Shown: piece by piece, positions 11,819 through 24,035 of the stretch
How positions within the stretch are numbered: the stretch's first letter is position 1
How the letters are laid out: every line of letters starts with the position of its first letter
Assembly (NCBI RefSeq): GCF_024700885.2
Contig: NZ_CP117016.1
Origin: Escherichia coli
GTDB lineage: Bacteria > Pseudomonadota > Gammaproteobacteria > Enterobacterales > Enterobacteriaceae
Length of the DNA: 64,000 nt
Strand: one strand, 5' to 3'
Position numbers and translations under genes: made by a program
The notes under the pieces: generated by a model
Database searches by the model: none
What the model was told of the DNA's origin: nothing
Seen by the model: the letters and a program-made list of their open reading frames with translations, nothing else

Positions 11819-11882
11819 ACATCTGCGTTTCCCTTGCTTGAAAGAGAGCGGGTAACAGGCGAACAGTTTTTGGAAACCGAGA

Positions 11883-13148
11883 GTGTCAAAGGCAACCGAA
11901 CAAAACGACAAGCTCAAGCGGGCGATAATTATTTCAGCAGTGCTGCATGTCATCTTATTTGCGGCGCTGATCTGGAGTTCGTTCGATGAGAATATAGAAG
12001 CTTCAGCCGGAGGCGGCGGTGGTTCATCCATCGACGCTGTCATGGTTGATTCAGGTGCGGTAGTTGAGCAGTACAAACGCATGCAAAGCCAGGAATCAAG
12101 CGCGAAGCGTTCTGATGAGCAGCGCAAGATGAAGGAACAGCAGGCTGCTGAAGAACTGCGTGAGAAACAAGCGGCTGAACAGGAACGCCTGAAGCAACTT
12201 GAGAAAGAGCGGTTAGCTGCTCAGGAACAGAAAAAGCAGGCTGAAGAAGCCGCAAAACAGGCCGAGTTAAAGCAGAAGCAAGCGGAAGAAGCGGCAGCGA
12301 AAGCGGCGGCAGATGCTAAAGCGAAGGCCGAAGCGGATGCTAAAGCTGCGGAAGAAGCTGCGAAGAAAGCGGCTGCAGACGCGAAGAAAAAAGCAGAAGC
12401 AGAAGCCGCCAAAGCCGCAGCCGAAGCGCAGAAAAAAGCCGAGGCAGCCGCGGCGGCACTGAAGAAGAAAGCGGAAGCGGCAGAAGCAGCTGCAGCTGAA
12501 GCAAGAAAGAAAGCGGCAACTGAAGCTGCTGAAAAAGCCAAGGCAGAAGCTGAGAAGAAAGCGGCTGCTGAAAAGGCTGCAGCTGATAAGAAAGCGGCAG
12601 CAGAGAAAGCTGCAGCCGACAAAAAAGCAGCAGAAAAAGCGGCTGCTGAAAAGGCAGCTGCTGATAAGAAAGCAGCGGCAGAAAAAGCCGCCGCAGACAA
12701 AAAAGCGGCAGCGGCAAAAGCAGCAGCTGAAAAAGCCGCTGCAGCAAAAGCTGCCGCAGAGGCAGATGATATTTTCGGTGAGCTAAGCTCTGGTAAGAAT
12801 GCACCGAAAACGGGGGGAGGGGCGAAAGGGAACAATGCTTCGCCAGCCGGGAGTGGTAATACTAAAAACAATGGCGCATCAGGGGCCGATATCAATAACT
12901 ATGCCGGGCAGATTAAATCTGCTATCGAAAGTAAGTTCTATGACGCATCGTCCTATGCAGGCAAAACCTGTACGCTGCGCATAAAACTGGCACCCGATGG
13001 TATGTTACTGGATATCAAACCTGAAGGTGGCGATCCCGCACTTTGTCAGGCTGCGTTGGCAGCAGCTAAACTTGCGAAGATCCCGAAACCACCAAGCCAG
13101 GCAGTATATGAAGTGTTCAAAAACGCGCCATTGGACTTCAAACCGTAA
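11883..13148 (+). CDS. tolA: Tol-Pal system protein TolA
   Basis: 421-aa protein with Ala/Lys/Glu-rich helical repeat domain. Confidence 0.95.
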   Translation: MSKATEQNDKLKRAIIISAVLHVILFAALIWSSFDENIEASAGGGGGSSIDAVMVDSGAVVEQYKRMQSQESSAKRSDEQRKMKEQQAAEELREKQAAEQERLKQLEKERLAAQEQKKQAEEAAKQAELKQKQAEEAAAKAAADAKAKAEADAKAAEEAAKKAAADAKKKAEAEAAKAAAEAQKKAEAAAAALKKKAEAAEAAAAEARKKAATEAAEKAKAEAEKKAAAEKAAADKKAAAEKAAADKKAAEKAAAEKAAADKKAAAEKAAADKKAAAAKAAAEKAAAAKAAAEADDIFGELSSGKNAPKTGGGAKGNNASPAGSGNTKNNGASGADINNYAGQIKSAIESKFYDASSYAGKTCTLRIKLAPDGMLLDIKPEGGDPALCQAALAAAKLAKIPKPPSQAVYEVFKNAPLDFKP

Positions 13149-13280
13149 TCGCGATGTTGACTTTTCCGACGGTCAACATCAGGCACCGGTTGCCACGGGG
13201 TTCTGGTAGTTTTGTGTATTTTAGTTTGTTAACATTCTGCTAAATTATCGTGGGCCATCGGTCCAGATAAGGGAGATATG

Positions 13281-14573
13281 ATGAAGCAGGCATTACGAGT
13301 AGCATTTGGTTTTCTCATACTGTGGGCATCAGTTCTGCATGCTGAAGTCCGCATTGTGATCGACAGCGGTGTAGATTCCGGTCGTCCTATTGGTGTTGTT
13401 CCTTTCCAGTGGGCGGGTCCTGGTGCGGCACCTGAAGATATTGGCGGCATCGTTGCTGCTGACTTGCGTAACAGCGGTAAATTTAATCCGTTAGATCGCG
13501 CTCGTCTGCCACAGCAGCCGGGTAGTGCGCAGGAAGTACAACCAGCTGCATGGTCCGCACTGGGCATTGACGCTGTAGTTGTCGGTCAGGTCACTCCGAA
13601 TCCGGATGGTTCTTACAATGTTGCTTATCAACTTGTTGACACTGGCGGCGCACCGGGTACTGTACTTGCTCAGAACTCGTACAAAGTGAACAAGCAGTGG
13701 CTGCGTTATGCTGGTCATACCGCCAGTGATGAAGTGTTTGAAAAACTGACCGGCATTAAAGGTGCGTTCCGTACCCGTATTGCCTACGTTGTTCAGACCA
13801 ACGGCGGTCAGTTCCCGTATGAACTGCGCGTATCTGACTATGACGGTTACAACCAGTTTGTCGTTCACCGTTCACCGCAGCCGCTGATGTCTCCGGCGTG
13901 GTCACCAGACGGTTCTAAACTGGCTTATGTGACCTTCGAAAGCGGTCGTTCCGCGCTGGTCATCCAAACGCTGGCAAATGGCGCTGTACGTCAGGTGGCT
14001 TCATTCCCGCGTCACAACGGTGCACCTGCATTCTCGCCAGACGGCAGCAAACTGGCATTCGCCTTGTCGAAAACCGGTAGTCTGAACCTGTACGTAATGG
14101 ATTTGGCTTCTGGTCAGATCCGCCAGGTGACGGATGGTCGCAGTAACAATACCGAACCGACCTGGTTCCCGGACAGCCAGAACTTGGCATTTACTTCTGA
14201 CCAGGCCGGTCGTCCACAGGTTTATAAAGTGAATATCAACGGCGGTGCGGCACAACGTATTACCTGGGAAGGTTCGCAGAACCAGGATGCGGATGTCAGC
14301 AGCGACGGTAAATTTATGGTAATGGTCAGCTCCAATGGTGGGCAGCAGCACATTGCCAAACAAGATCTGGCAACGGGAGGCGTACAAGTTCTGTCGTCCA
14401 CGTTCCTGGATGAAACGCCAAGTCTGGCACCTAACGGCACTATGGTAATCTACAGCTCTTCTCAGGGGATGGGATCCGTGCTGAATTTGGTTTCTACAGA
14501 TGGGCGTTTCAAAGCGCGTCTTCCGGCAACTGATGGACAGGTCAAATTCCCTGCCTGGTCGCCGTATCTGTGA
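13281..14573 (+). CDS. tolB: Tol-Pal periplasmic protein TolB
   Basis: 430-aa beta-propeller protein with signal peptide. Confidence 0.95.
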   Translation: MKQALRVAFGFLILWASVLHAEVRIVIDSGVDSGRPIGVVPFQWAGPGAAPEDIGGIVAADLRNSGKFNPLDRARLPQQPGSAQEVQPAAWSALGIDAVVVGQVTPNPDGSYNVAYQLVDTGGAPGTVLAQNSYKVNKQWLRYAGHTASDEVFEKLTGIKGAFRTRIAYVVQTNGGQFPYELRVSDYDGYNQFVVHRSPQPLMSPAWSPDGSKLAYVTFESGRSALVIQTLANGAVRQVASFPRHNGAPAFSPDGSKLAFALSKTGSLNLYVMDLASGQIRQVTDGRSNNTEPTWFPDSQNLAFTSDQAGRPQVYKVNINGGAAQRITWEGSQNQDADVSSDGKFMVMVSSNGGQQHIAKQDLATGGVQVLSSTFLDETPSLAPNGTMVIYSSSQGMGSVLNLVSTDGRFKARLPATDGQVKFPAWSPYL

Positions 14574-14583
14574 TAATAATTAA

Positions 14584-15129
<546 letters not shown>

Positions 15130-15138
15130 GAGAATTGC

Positions 15139-15930
15139 ATGAGCAGTAACTTCAGACATCAACTATTGAGTCTGTCGTTACTGGTTGGTATAGCGGCCCC
15201 CTGGGCCGCTTTTGCTCAGGCACCAATCAGTAGTGTCGGCTCAGGCTCGGTCGAAGACCGCGTCACTCAACTTGAGCGTATTTCAAATGCTCACAGCCAG
15301 CTTTTAACCCAACTCCAGCAACAACTCTCTGATAATCAATCCGATATTGATTCCCTGCGCGGTCAGATTCAGGAAAATCAGTATCAACTGAATCAGGTCG
15401 TGGAGCGGCAAAAGCAGATCCTGTTGCAGATCGACAGCCTCAGCAGCGGTGGTGCAGCGGCGCAATCAACCAGCGGTGATCAAAGCGGTGCGGCGACATC
15501 AACGACGCCGACAGCTGATGCTGGTACTGCGAATGCTGGCGCGCCGGTGAAAAGCGGCGATGCAAACACGGATTACAATGCAGCAATTGCGCTGGTGCAG
15601 GATAAATCCCGCCAGGATGACGCAATGGTGGCATTTCAGAATTTCATCAAAAATTACCCTGATTCAACTTACCTGCCAAACGCCAATTATTGGCTGGGTC
15701 AGTTAAACTACAACAAGGGTAAAAAAGATGATGCGGCGTATTATTTTGCTTCGGTAGTGAAAAACTATCCGAAGTCACCGAAGGCTGCAGATGCGATGTT
15801 TAAAGTCGGCGTCATCATGCAGGACAAAGGTGACACCGCAAAAGCGAAAGCCGTATACCAGCAGGTTATCAGTAAATACCCTGGTACTGATGGCGCTAAA
15901 CAGGCGCAAAAACGTCTGAACGCGATGTAA
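15139..15930 (+). CDS. cpoB: cell division coordinator CpoB (YbgF), TPR protein
   Basis: 263-aa protein, recognised. Confidence 0.9.
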   Translation: MSSNFRHQLLSLSLLVGIAAPWAAFAQAPISSVGSGSVEDRVTQLERISNAHSQLLTQLQQQLSDNQSDIDSLRGQIQENQYQLNQVVERQKQILLQIDSLSSGGAAAQSTSGDQSGAATSTTPTADAGTANAGAPVKSGDANTDYNAAIALVQDKSRQDDAMVAFQNFIKNYPDSTYLPNANYWLGQLNYNKGKKDDAAYYFASVVKNYPKSPKAADAMFKVGVIMQDKGDTAKAKAVYQQVISKYPGTDGAKQAQKRLNAM

Positions 15931-16094
15931 TGCATAACACACGACCAGAAGTCGCATTATTTCTGGTCGTGTCGTGCGAATCATAAGCAGTTGAGTGATC
16001 TACATCGAAATTTTTGTTGCGCTCAAGTCTGAAATCAGTAATATATGCCGCCGTTGCCACGGGATATCAAACAAACCGAAAGCAACGAAAAAGT

Positions 16095-16170
16095 GGGTCG
16101 TTAGCTCAGTTGGTAGAGCAGTTGACTTTTAATCAATTGGTCGCAGGTTCGAATCCTGCACGACCCACCA
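16095..16170 (+). tRNA. lysT: tRNA-Lys (anticodon UUU)
   Basis: 76-nt cloverleaf GGGTCGTTAGCTCAGTTGGTAGAGC...ACGACCCACCA with CTTTTAA anticodon loop. Confidence 0.95.
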
Positions 16171-16198
16171 ATCGCTAAGGTGGACGCGGTAGTAAAAC

Positions 16199-16270
16199 GT
16201 GAAGGATAACGTTGCGTCAGCAACGGCCCGAAGGGCGAGACGAAGTCGAGTCATCCTGCACGACCCACCA
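16199..16270 (+). repeat. spacer repeat ending in a copy of the tRNA-Lys 3' terminus
   Basis: About 70 bp GTGAAGGATAACGTTGCGTCAGCAACGGCCCG...TCATCCTGCACGACCCACCA; second copy at 16694-16763. Confidence 0.7.
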
Positions 16271-16305
16271 CTAACCTAGTTAGTTGTAGTATCCAGCGTA
16301 GTATC

Positions 16306-16381
16306 GGGTGATTAGCTCAGCTGGGAGAGCACCTCCCTTACAAGGAGGGGGTCGGCGGTTCGATCCCGTCATCACCCACCA
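16306..16381 (+). tRNA. valT: tRNA-Val (anticodon UAC)
   Basis: 76-nt cloverleaf GGGTGATTAGCTCAGCTGGGAGAGC...CATCACCCACCA. Confidence 0.95.
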
Positions 16382-16383
16382 CC

Positions 16384-16459
16384 GGGTCGTTAGCTCAGTT
16401 GGTAGAGCAGTTGACTTTTAATCAATTGGTCGCAGGTTCGAATCCTGCACGACCCACCA
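16384..16459 (+). tRNA. lysW: tRNA-Lys (anticodon UUU)
   Basis: Identical to lysT. Confidence 0.95.
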
Positions 16460-16510
16460 CTAATTACGGTGGGTTCGGTGGAAGTAGTTTGTAGTATCCA
16501 GCGCAGTATC

Positions 16511-16586
16511 GGGTGATTAGCTCAGCTGGGAGAGCACCTCCCTTACAAGGAGGGGGTCGGCGGTTCGATCCCGTCATCACCCACCA
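16511..16586 (+). tRNA. valZ: tRNA-Val (anticodon UAC)
   Basis: Identical to valT. Confidence 0.95.
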
Positions 16587-16589
16587 CTC

Positions 16590-16665
16590 GGGTCGTTAGC
16601 TCAGTTGGTAGAGCAGTTGACTTTTAATCAATTGGTCGCAGGTTCGAATCCTGCACGACCCACCA
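16590..16665 (+). tRNA. lysY: tRNA-Lys (anticodon UUU)
   Basis: Identical to lysT. Confidence 0.95.
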
Positions 16666-16693
16666 ATTTTAACATCAAACTCAGATGTTAAGC

Positions 16694-16763
16694 GTGAAGG
16701 ATAACGTTGCGTCAGCAACGGCCCGTAGGGCGAGCGAAGCGAGTCATCCTGCACGACCCACCA
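16694..16763 (+). repeat. spacer repeat ending in a copy of the tRNA-Lys 3' terminus (second copy)
   Basis: Near-identical to 16199-16270. Confidence 0.7.
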
Positions 16764-16811
16764 ATTTTAAAGATTGGTTCCGAGTAGAAATCTTTCAGGT
16801 AACACCCGTAT

Positions 16812-16887
16812 GGGTCGTTAGCTCAGTTGGTAGAGCAGTTGACTTTTAATCAATTGGTCGCAGGTTCGAATCCTGCACGACCCACCA
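16812..16887 (+). tRNA. lysZ: tRNA-Lys (anticodon UUU)
   Basis: Identical to lysT. Confidence 0.95.
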
Positions 16888-16920
16888 TCCTGAATGATTA
16901 AAGCAGCATAATCCCGCAAG

Positions 16921-16996
16921 GGGTCGTTAGCTCAGTTGGTAGAGCAGTTGACTTTTAATCAATTGGTCGCAGGTTCGAATCCTGCACGACCCACCA
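16921..16996 (+). tRNA. lysQ: tRNA-Lys (anticodon UUU)
   Basis: Identical to lysT. Confidence 0.95.
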
Positions 16997-17000
16997 ATGT

Positions 17001-17030
17001 AAAAAAGCGCCCTAAAGGCGCTTTTTTGCT
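17001..17030 (+). terminator. rho-independent terminator of the tRNA operon
   Basis: GC hairpin AGCGCC-CTAAA-GGCGCT followed by TTTTTT. Confidence 0.8.
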
Positions 17031-17273
17031 ATTCAGGCATCTCTCAATTTCAATTCTTAACCCAGATGACATACTCCGCGTTTGCTGCGTAAACAACTTT
17101 ACGTCGGAGAAATAAGACGCAAAGTGTGGCATTCGGCATCTCATACGTAATTCGAGTGACTTTTCCCCACCATTCGACTATCTTGTTTAGCATATAAAAC
17201 AAATTACACCGATAACAGCGAATATTACGCTCATGTCGGTTTTAACGTTAAGCCTGTAAAACGAGATGGTAAG

Positions 17274-18317
17274 ATGAGCGTGATGTTTGATCCAGACACG
17301 GCGATTTATCCTTTCCCCCCGAAGCCGACGCCGTTAAGCATTGATGAAAAAGCGTATTACCGCGAGAAGATAAAACGTCTGCTAAAAGAACGTAATGCGG
17401 TGATGGTTGCCCATTACTATACCGATCCCGAAATTCAACAACTGGCAGAAGAAACCGGTGGCTGTATTTCTGATTCTCTGGAAATGGCGCGCTTCGGTGC
17501 AAAGCATCCCGCTTCTACGTTGTTAGTCGCTGGGGTGAGATTTATGGGAGAAACCGCCAAAATTCTCAGTCCGGAAAAAACAATTCTGATGCCGACACTT
17601 CAGGCTGAATGTTCACTGGATCTCGGCTGCCCTGTTGAAGAATTTAACGCATTTTGCGATGCCCATCCCGATCGTACTGTCGTCGTCTACGCCAACACTT
17701 CTGCTGCGGTAAAAGCGCGCGCAGATTGGGTGGTAACTTCAAGCATTGCCGTCGAACTTATTGATCATCTGGATAGTTTGGGTGAAAAAATCATCTGGGC
17801 ACCTGACAAACATCTGGGGCGTTACGTGCAAAAACAGACGGACGCAGACATTTTATGCTGGCAGGGTGCCTGCATTGTGCATGATGAGTTTAAGACTCAG
17901 GCGTTAACCCGCTTGCAAGAAGAATACCCGGATGCTGCCATACTGGTGCATCCAGAATCACCGCAAGCTATTGTAGAGATGGCGGATGCGGTCGGTTCCA
18001 CCAGTCAACTGATCGCTGCTGCGAAAACATTGCCACATCAGCGACTTATCGTGGCAACCGATCGGGGTATTTTCTACAAAATGCAGCAGGCGGTGCCAGA
18101 TAAAGAGTTACTGGAAGCACCAACCGCGGGTGAGGGCGCAACCTGCCGCAGCTGCGCGCATTGTCCGTGGATGGCCATGAATGGCCTTCAGGCCATCGCA
18201 GAGGCATTAGAACAGGAAGGAAGCAATCACGAGGTTCATGTTGAGGAAAGGCTGCGAGAGAGGGCGCTGGTGCCGCTCAATCGTATGCTGGATTTTGCGG
18301 CTACACTACGTGGATAA
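17274..18317 (+). CDS. nadA: quinolinate synthase
   Basis: 347-aa protein, recognised. Confidence 0.95.
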   Translation: MSVMFDPDTAIYPFPPKPTPLSIDEKAYYREKIKRLLKERNAVMVAHYYTDPEIQQLAEETGGCISDSLEMARFGAKHPASTLLVAGVRFMGETAKILSPEKTILMPTLQAECSLDLGCPVEEFNAFCDAHPDRTVVVYANTSAAVKARADWVVTSSIAVELIDHLDSLGEKIIWAPDKHLGRYVQKQTDADILCWQGACIVHDEFKTQALTRLQEEYPDAAILVHPESPQAIVEMADAVGSTSQLIAAAKTLPHQRLIVATDRGIFYKMQQAVPDKELLEAPTAGEGATCRSCAHCPWMAMNGLQAIAEALEQEGSNHEVHVEERLRERALVPLNRMLDFAATLRG

Positions 18318-18354
18318 CGAATAATAAGGCGTAACGTTACGCTTTGGGGGAAAG

Positions 18355-19074
18355 ATGGATTTTTTTAGTGTGCAGAATATCCTGGTACATATACCAATAG
18401 GGGCAGGCGGTTATGATCTCTCATGGATCGAAGCGGTAGGCACGATCGCCGGGTTGCTGTGTATTGGCCTTGCCAGTCTGGAGAAGATCAGCAACTACTT
18501 CTTTGGCCTGATCAACGTCACCTTGTTTGGCATTATTTTCTTTCAGATTCAGCTGTATGCCAGCCTGCTATTACAGGTGTTTTTCTTTGCCGCGAATATT
18601 TACGGTTGGTATGCGTGGTCGCGACAAACCAGTCAGAACGAGGCGGAGTTGAAAATTCGCTGGTTGCCATTGCCGAAGGCGCTAAGCTGGTTGGCGGTTT
18701 GCGTTGTTTCGATTGGTCTGATGACGGTATTTATCAATCCGGTGTTTGCATTTTTGACCCGCGTGGCAGTCATGATCATGCAAGCATTAGGATTACAGGT
18801 TGTGATGCCTGAACTGCAACCGGACGCTTTCCCGTTCTGGGATTCATGCATGATGGTGTTATCTATCGTGGCAATGATTCTGATGACGCGTAAGTATGTG
18901 GAAAACTGGCTGTTGTGGGTGATTATTAACGTGATTAGCGTCGTTATTTTTGCACTTCAGGGCGTTTACGCCATGTCTCTGGAGTACATCATCCTGACCT
19001 TTATTGCCCTCAACGGCAGCCGGATGTGGATCAACAGCGCACGCGAAAGAGGTTCACGCGCGCTGTCCCATTAA
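18355..19074 (+). CDS. pnuC: nicotinamide riboside transporter
   Basis: 239-aa membrane protein, recognised. Confidence 0.9.
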   Translation: MDFFSVQNILVHIPIGAGGYDLSWIEAVGTIAGLLCIGLASLEKISNYFFGLINVTLFGIIFFQIQLYASLLLQVFFFAANIYGWYAWSRQTSQNEAELKIRWLPLPKALSWLAVCVVSIGLMTVFINPVFAFLTRVAVMIMQALGLQVVMPELQPDAFPFWDSCMMVLSIVAMILMTRKYVENWLLWVIINVISVVIFALQGVYAMSLEYIILTFIALNGSRMWINSARERGSRALSH

Positions 19075-20012
19075 TGGTGATGATGTGAATGGCCAGACAC
19101 CCCTTCATTCAGGTGGCAGTCTGGCCCATGACAAGGTTGATATTCCATCTGAATGGTGGCGTGCTCAATCTGATAGTGATCCATCAGGTAGTGTTGGATC
19201 TGATCTAACAAGGCATCGTGATCGTGTGGCGGGATCACCTGCACATGCAGCGTCATCACCGGCTTCTCGCCTACCATCCATACATGTACATGGTGCACAT
19301 TGCGGACTTCCGGGATTTCCCGGCACATACGACGCTTCAGTTCGGCGATATCCAGCGATACCGGTGCACCTTCAAGTAATTCATTCACGCTATCTTTCAA
19401 CAGTCGCCACGCGCTACGCAGAACCAGAAGCGACACCAGTATTGAGAGAATGGGGTCAGCAGGTGTCCAGCCGGTCCAGATAATAATCAACGCGGCAATA
19501 ATAGCCCCAACCGAACCCAGCAGGTCCCCGAGCACATGCAGTGCCGCTGCTCGCACGTTGAGGTTTTTCTCTTCGCTGCCGTGATGAAGTAACCAGAAAG
19601 AAAGTATATTTGCCAGCAGCCCAGCCACGGCAATTGCCATCATCATGCCGCCCTCGACCGGACGCGGAGTGCGGAAGCGTTCTATCGCCTCCCAGACAAT
19701 CAAAATAGTAATCACCACCAGGGCGATGGCATTCACAAACGCCGCGAGCGTGGTCAATCTTAGCCAACCGAAAGTGTGGCGAATGGTGGGAGGACGACGG
19801 GAAAATTGCACTGCGAGTAGGGCGAAAAGCAGGGCGGCAGTATCGGTCAACATATGACCCGCATCGGCCAGCAATGCCAGAGAACCGGAAAGAAAACCAC
19901 CAATGACTTCTACGAGCATAAACCCGGCAGTCACGCCGAAAGCATACAACAAGCGACGAGCATTATTATCTTCTGGCAGGTGTGAGGAAGTGTGTGAGTG
20001 TGAGTGCGCCAT
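19071..20012 (-). CDS. zitB: zinc efflux transporter (cation diffusion facilitator)
   Basis: 313-aa protein with His-rich termini, recognised. Confidence 0.9.
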   Translation of the reverse strand: MAHSHSHTSSHLPEDNNARRLLYAFGVTAGFMLVEVIGGFLSGSLALLADAGHMLTDTAALLFALLAVQFSRRPPTIRHTFGWLRLTTLAAFVNAIALVVITILIVWEAIERFRTPRPVEGGMMMAIAVAGLLANILSFWLLHHGSEEKNLNVRAAALHVLGDLLGSVGAIIAALIIIWTGWTPADPILSILVSLLVLRSAWRLLKDSVNELLEGAPVSLDIAELKRRMCREIPEVRNVHHVHVWMVGEKPVMTLHVQVIPPHDHDALLDQIQHYLMDHYQIEHATIQMEYQPCHGPDCHLNEGVSGHSHHHH

Positions 20013-20125
20013 GACGAGTCATCCCTTAATTATTCTCACTTAACTTTATGACATCATACTGCTTTTAGAAGGGAAAAATTAAAAGGGAGAGACTCCGCTC
20101 TCCCATTATTGGCTATTTCGCAGGG

Positions 20126-20506
20126 TTACTGCGTGGTACCGTCGGTTTTGGTATCGACATCATTGTTGATGCCATCACCGGTTTGGACTTTTTTATTGAT
20201 ATCCGGGCAGCGACCATCTTTGCACATGGTGTTCTTGTGCTCTTCATCTTTGGTCATGCCGTCGTTGTTCATTGAAGAACCATCCGGATGCAGCATTGTG
20301 CCTCCAGAACCGGTATTTACCCCGTTATTGTCGACGTTATTTGGCGCGACATTTTCACGGGCGTCAGGGGCTACCTGGCCCGCATCAGCTGCGGCGTTTG
20401 CCTGGCCGTTATTGCTTTGCGCTCCGCTATCGGCTGCCAGTGCGGCACCGCTGGCAAGGCTTAGAGTGGCAGTCAAAAATAGTGTGGCCAGTTTTGTCAT
20501 TTTCAT
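20126..20506 (-). CDS. ybgS: secreted protein YbgS
   Basis: 126-aa protein with signal peptide and low-complexity Asn/Asp/Gly-rich sequence. Confidence 0.8.
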   Translation of the reverse strand: MKMTKLATLFLTATLSLASGAALAADSGAQSNNGQANAAADAGQVAPDARENVAPNNVDNNGVNTGSGGTMLHPDGSSMNNDGMTKDEEHKNTMCKDGRCPDINKKVQTGDGINNDVDTKTDGTTQ

Positions 20507-20733
20507 AGGATGCTCCTGTTATGGTCGTTATGTCGGATAACCTCTTCCAACAGTGCATTTGCAGGTGAATATAAGGCAATGGTTTAAGATTTCAGCCAGG
20601 CAAAGATACCCAGCAGAGAATCTTGAAATAATTAACAAACAAAGGAGTTACAGTTAGAAATTGTAGGAGAGATCTCGTTTTTCGCGACAATCTGGCGTTT
20701 TTCTTGCTAATTCCAGGATTAATCCGTTCATAG

Positions 20734-20751
20734 TGTAAAACCCCGTTTACA
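20734..20751. promoter_or_regulatory. TyrR box (TGTAAA-N6-TTTACA) upstream of aroG
   Basis: Perfect palindrome TGTAAAACCCCGTTTACA about 70 bp upstream of aroG. Confidence 0.6.
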
Positions 20752-20821
20752 CATTCTGACGGAAGATATAGATTGGAAGTATTGCATTCACTAAGATAAG
20801 TATGGCAACACTGGAACAGAC

Positions 20822-21874
20822 ATGAATTATCAGAACGACGATTTACGCATCAAAGAAATCAAAGAGTTACTTCCTCCTGTCGCATTGCTGGAAAAATTCC
20901 CCGCTACTGAAAATGCCGCGAATACGGTCGCCCATGCCCGAAAAGCGATCCATAAGATCCTGAAAGGTAATGATGATCGCCTGTTGGTTGTGATTGGTCC
21001 GTGCTCAATTCATGATCCTGTCGCGGCTAAAGAGTATGCCACTCGCTTGCTGACGCTGCGTGAAGAGCTGCAAGATGAGCTGGAAATCGTGATGCGCGTC
21101 TATTTTGAAAAGCCGCGTACTACGGTAGGCTGGAAAGGGCTGATTAACGATCCGCATATGGATAACAGCTTCCAGATCAACGACGGTCTGCGTATTGCCC
21201 GAAAATTGCTGCTCGATATTAACGACAGCGGTCTGCCAGCGGCGGGTGAATTCCTGGATATGATCACCCCACAATATCTCGCTGACCTGATGAGCTGGGG
21301 CGCAATTGGCGCACGTACTACGGAATCGCAGGTGCACCGCGAACTGGCGTCTGGTCTTTCTTGCCCGGTAGGCTTCAAAAATGGCACTGATGGTACGATT
21401 AAAGTGGCTATCGATGCCATTAATGCCGCCGGTGCGCCGCACTGCTTCCTGTCCGTAACGAAATGGGGGCATTCGGCGATTGTGAATACCAGCGGTAACG
21501 GCGATTGCCATATCATTCTGCGCGGCGGTAAAGAGCCTAACTACAGCGCGAAGCACGTTGCTGAAGTGAAAGAAGGGCTGAACAAAGCAGGCCTGCCAGC
21601 ACAGGTGATGATCGATTTCAGCCATGCTAATTCGTCCAAACAATTCAAAAAGCAGATGGATGTTTGTGCTGACGTTTGCCAGCAGATTGCCGGTGGCGAA
21701 AAGGCCATTATTGGCGTGATGGTGGAAAGCCATCTGGTGGAAGGCAATCAGAGCCTCGAGAGCGGGGAGCCGCTGGCCTACGGAAAGAGCATCACTGATG
21801 CCTGCATCGGCTGGGAAGATACCGATGCTCTATTACGTCAACTGGCGAATGCAGTAAAAGCGCGTCGCGGGTAA
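20822..21874 (+). CDS. aroG: DAHP synthase, Phe-sensitive
   Basis: 350-aa protein, recognised. Confidence 0.95.
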   Translation: MNYQNDDLRIKEIKELLPPVALLEKFPATENAANTVAHARKAIHKILKGNDDRLLVVIGPCSIHDPVAAKEYATRLLTLREELQDELEIVMRVYFEKPRTTVGWKGLINDPHMDNSFQINDGLRIARKLLLDINDSGLPAAGEFLDMITPQYLADLMSWGAIGARTTESQVHRELASGLSCPVGFKNGTDGTIKVAIDAINAAGAPHCFLSVTKWGHSAIVNTSGNGDCHIILRGGKEPNYSAKHVAEVKEGLNKAGLPAQVMIDFSHANSSKQFKKQMDVCADVCQQIAGGEKAIIGVMVESHLVEGNQSLESGEPLAYGKSITDACIGWEDTDALLRQLANAVKARRG

Positions 21875-21885
21875 GGTTTAATTGT

Positions 21886-21965
21886 CGGATGCGCCGTCAG
21901 AGTGGCGTATCCGATGAATCACCGTAGCCCTGACAAGACGCGTAGCGTCGCATCAGGCAATGTGC
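21886..21965. repeat. REP-type extragenic palindromes between aroG and gpmA
   Basis: GGATGCGCCGTCAGAGTGGCGTATCCG and GACGCGTAGCGTCGCATCAGGC palindromic units. Confidence 0.55.
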
Positions 21966-22039
21966 TCCATTGTTAGCAACGACAAACAAAAAAGCCGGCT
22001 CACTTGCAGTCGGCTTTCTCATTTTTAAGCGAATGACGT

Positions 22040-22792
22040 TTACTTCGCTTTACCCTGGTTCGCAACGGCCGCTGCTTTCGCCGCGATCTCGTCAGCATTA
22101 CCCAGATAATAGCGTTTCAACGGTTTGAAATTCTCGTCGAACTCATACACCAGTGGCACACCAGTCGGGATATTCAGCTCAAGAATCTCTTCTTCGCTCA
22201 TGTTATCGAGATATTTCACCAGCGCACGTAACGAGTTACCGTGTGCGGCGATGATTACGCGCTCACCGCTCTTCATACGCGGCAGAATGGTTTCATTCCA
22301 GTAAGGGATCACGCGGTCAATGGTCAGCGCCAGGCTTTCCGTCAGTGGCAGTTCTTTCTCGCTCAGCTTCGCGTAACGTGGATCGTGACCCGGATAACGC
22401 TCATCATCTTTAGTCAGTTCCGGCGGAGTCACTGCAAAACCACGACGCCACTGTTTTACCTGCTCGTCGCCATACTTTTCAGCAGTTTCTGCTTTGTTCA
22501 GACCCTGCAACGCACCGTAGTGACGTTCGTTCAGTTTCCAGGATTTCTCAACGGGCAGCCATGCCTGATCCAGTTCGTCCAGCACATTCCACAGGGTATG
22601 AATAGCGCGTTTCAGCACAGAGGTGTAAGCAAAGTCAAAGCTGTAACCTTCCTCTTTCAGCAGCTTACCTGCTGCTTTTGCTTCGCTTACGCCTTTCTCA
22701 GACAGATCCACGTCGTACCAACCGGTGAAACGGTTTTCTTTGTTCCACTGACTTTCGCCATGACGAACCAGAACCAGCTTAGTTACAGCCAT
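22040..22792 (-). CDS. gpmA: 2,3-bisphosphoglycerate-dependent phosphoglycerate mutase
   Basis: 250-aa protein starting [17 protein letters not shown], recognised. Confidence 0.95.
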
Positions 22793-22994
22793 ATACTTAC
22801 TCCTCAAATCATCTTTTAATGATAATAATTCTCATTATATTGCCGTGACGAAGCAACAGCAATGCTTACGCATAACCATAGCGAAAATAGTGTCGCAGTG
22901 TAAGGTTGTTGTGAATATTGAGTTGCAAATATGTCGGTGTTTGCTGGTGATTTGAACAATATGAGGATAAAGCCCTCATGACGAGGGCTTAACA

Positions 22995-24035
22995 TTACTG
23001 AGCAATAAACTGATATTCCGTCAGGCTGGAATACTCTTCGCCAGGACGCAGGAAGCAGTCTGGTTGCGGCCATTCAGGGTGGTTCGGGCTGTCCGGCAGA
23101 AATTCGCTTTCCAGAGCCAGCCCTTGCCAGTCGGCGTAAGGTTCGGTTCCCCGCGACGGTGTGCCGCCGAGGAAGTTGCCGGAGTAGAATTGCAGAGCCG
23201 GAGCGGTGGTGTAGACCTTCAGCTGCAATTTTTCATCTGCTGACCAGACATGCGCCGCCACTTTCTTGCCATCGCCTTTGGCCTGTAACAAGAACGCGTG
23301 ATCGTAACCTTTCACTTTGCGCTGATCGTCGTCGGCAAGAAACTCACTGGCGATGATTTTGGCGCTGCGGAAATCAAAAGACGTTCCGGCGACAGATTTC
23401 AGGCCGTCGTGCGGAATGCCGCCTTCATCAACCGGCAGATATTCGTCCGCCAGAATCTGCAACTTGTGATTGCGCACGTCAGACTGCTCGCCGTCAAGAT
23501 TGAAATAGACGTGATTAGTCATATTCACCGGGCAAGGTTTATCAACTGTGGCGCGATAAGTAATGGAGATACGGTTATCGTCGGTCAGACGATATTGCAC
23601 CGTCGCACCGAGATTACCCGGGAAGCCCTGATCGCCATCATCTGAACTCAGGGCAAACAGTACCTGACGATCATTCTGGTTCACAATCTGCCAGCGACGT
23701 TTGTCGAACCCTTCCGGGCCGCCGTGCAGCTGGTTAACGCCCTGACTTGGCGAAAGCGTCACGGTTTCACCGTCAAAGGTATAACGGCTATTGGCGATGC
23801 GGTTGGCATAACGACCAATAGAGGCCCCCAGAAACGCGGCCTGATCCTGATAGCATTCCGGGCTGGCACAGCCGAGCAGCGCCTCGCGGACGCTGCCATC
23901 GGAAAGCGGAATACGGGCTGAAAGTAAAGTCGCACCCCAGTCCATCAGCGTGACTACCATCCCTGCGTTGTTACGCAAAGTTAACAGTCGGTACGGCTGA
24001 CCATCGGGTGCCAGTGCGGGAGTTTCGTTCAGCAC
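22995..24035 (-). CDS. galM: galactose mutarotase (aldose 1-epimerase)
   Basis: 346-aa protein, recognised. Confidence 0.95.
   Translation of the reverse strand: MLNETPALAPDGQPYRLLTLRNNAGMVVTLMDWGATLLSARIPLSDGSVREALLGCASPECYQDQAAFLGASIGRYANRIANSRYTFDGETVTLSPSQGVNQLHGGPEGFDKRRWQIVNQNDRQVLFALSSDDGDQGFPGNLGATVQYRLTDDNRISITYRATVDKPCPVNMTNHVYFNLDGEQSDVRNHKLQILADEYLPVDEGGIPHDGLKSVAGTSFDFRSAKIIASEFLADDDQRKVKGYDHAFLLQAKGDGKKVAAHVWSADEKLQLKVYTTAPALQFYSGNFLGGTPSRGTEPYADWQGLALESEFLPDSPNHPEWPQPDCFLRPGEEYSSLTEYQFIAQ

Noticed and set aside
11883-12780. Short direct repeats (GCGGCAGCAGAGAAAGCTGC and similar) that could suggest a repeat array
   Set aside because: They are coding repeats of the TolA helical domain, without the regular spacers or leader of a CRISPR array.
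12221-12895. 224-aa and 154-aa minus-strand ORFs rich in Ala, Ser and Leu
   Set aside because: Antisense reading of the repetitive Ala/Lys/Glu-coding region of tolA; a low-complexity artefact.
16199-16270. The tRNA-Lys 3'-fragment repeats as additional functional tRNA genes
   Set aside because: They lack a 5' acceptor strand, D-arm and anticodon arm.
21005-21733. 242-aa minus-strand ORF inside aroG, plus similar antisense ORFs in galE, ybhA, pgl and cydB
   Set aside because: All lie fully inside recognised genes on the opposite strand, with no ribosome-binding sites.
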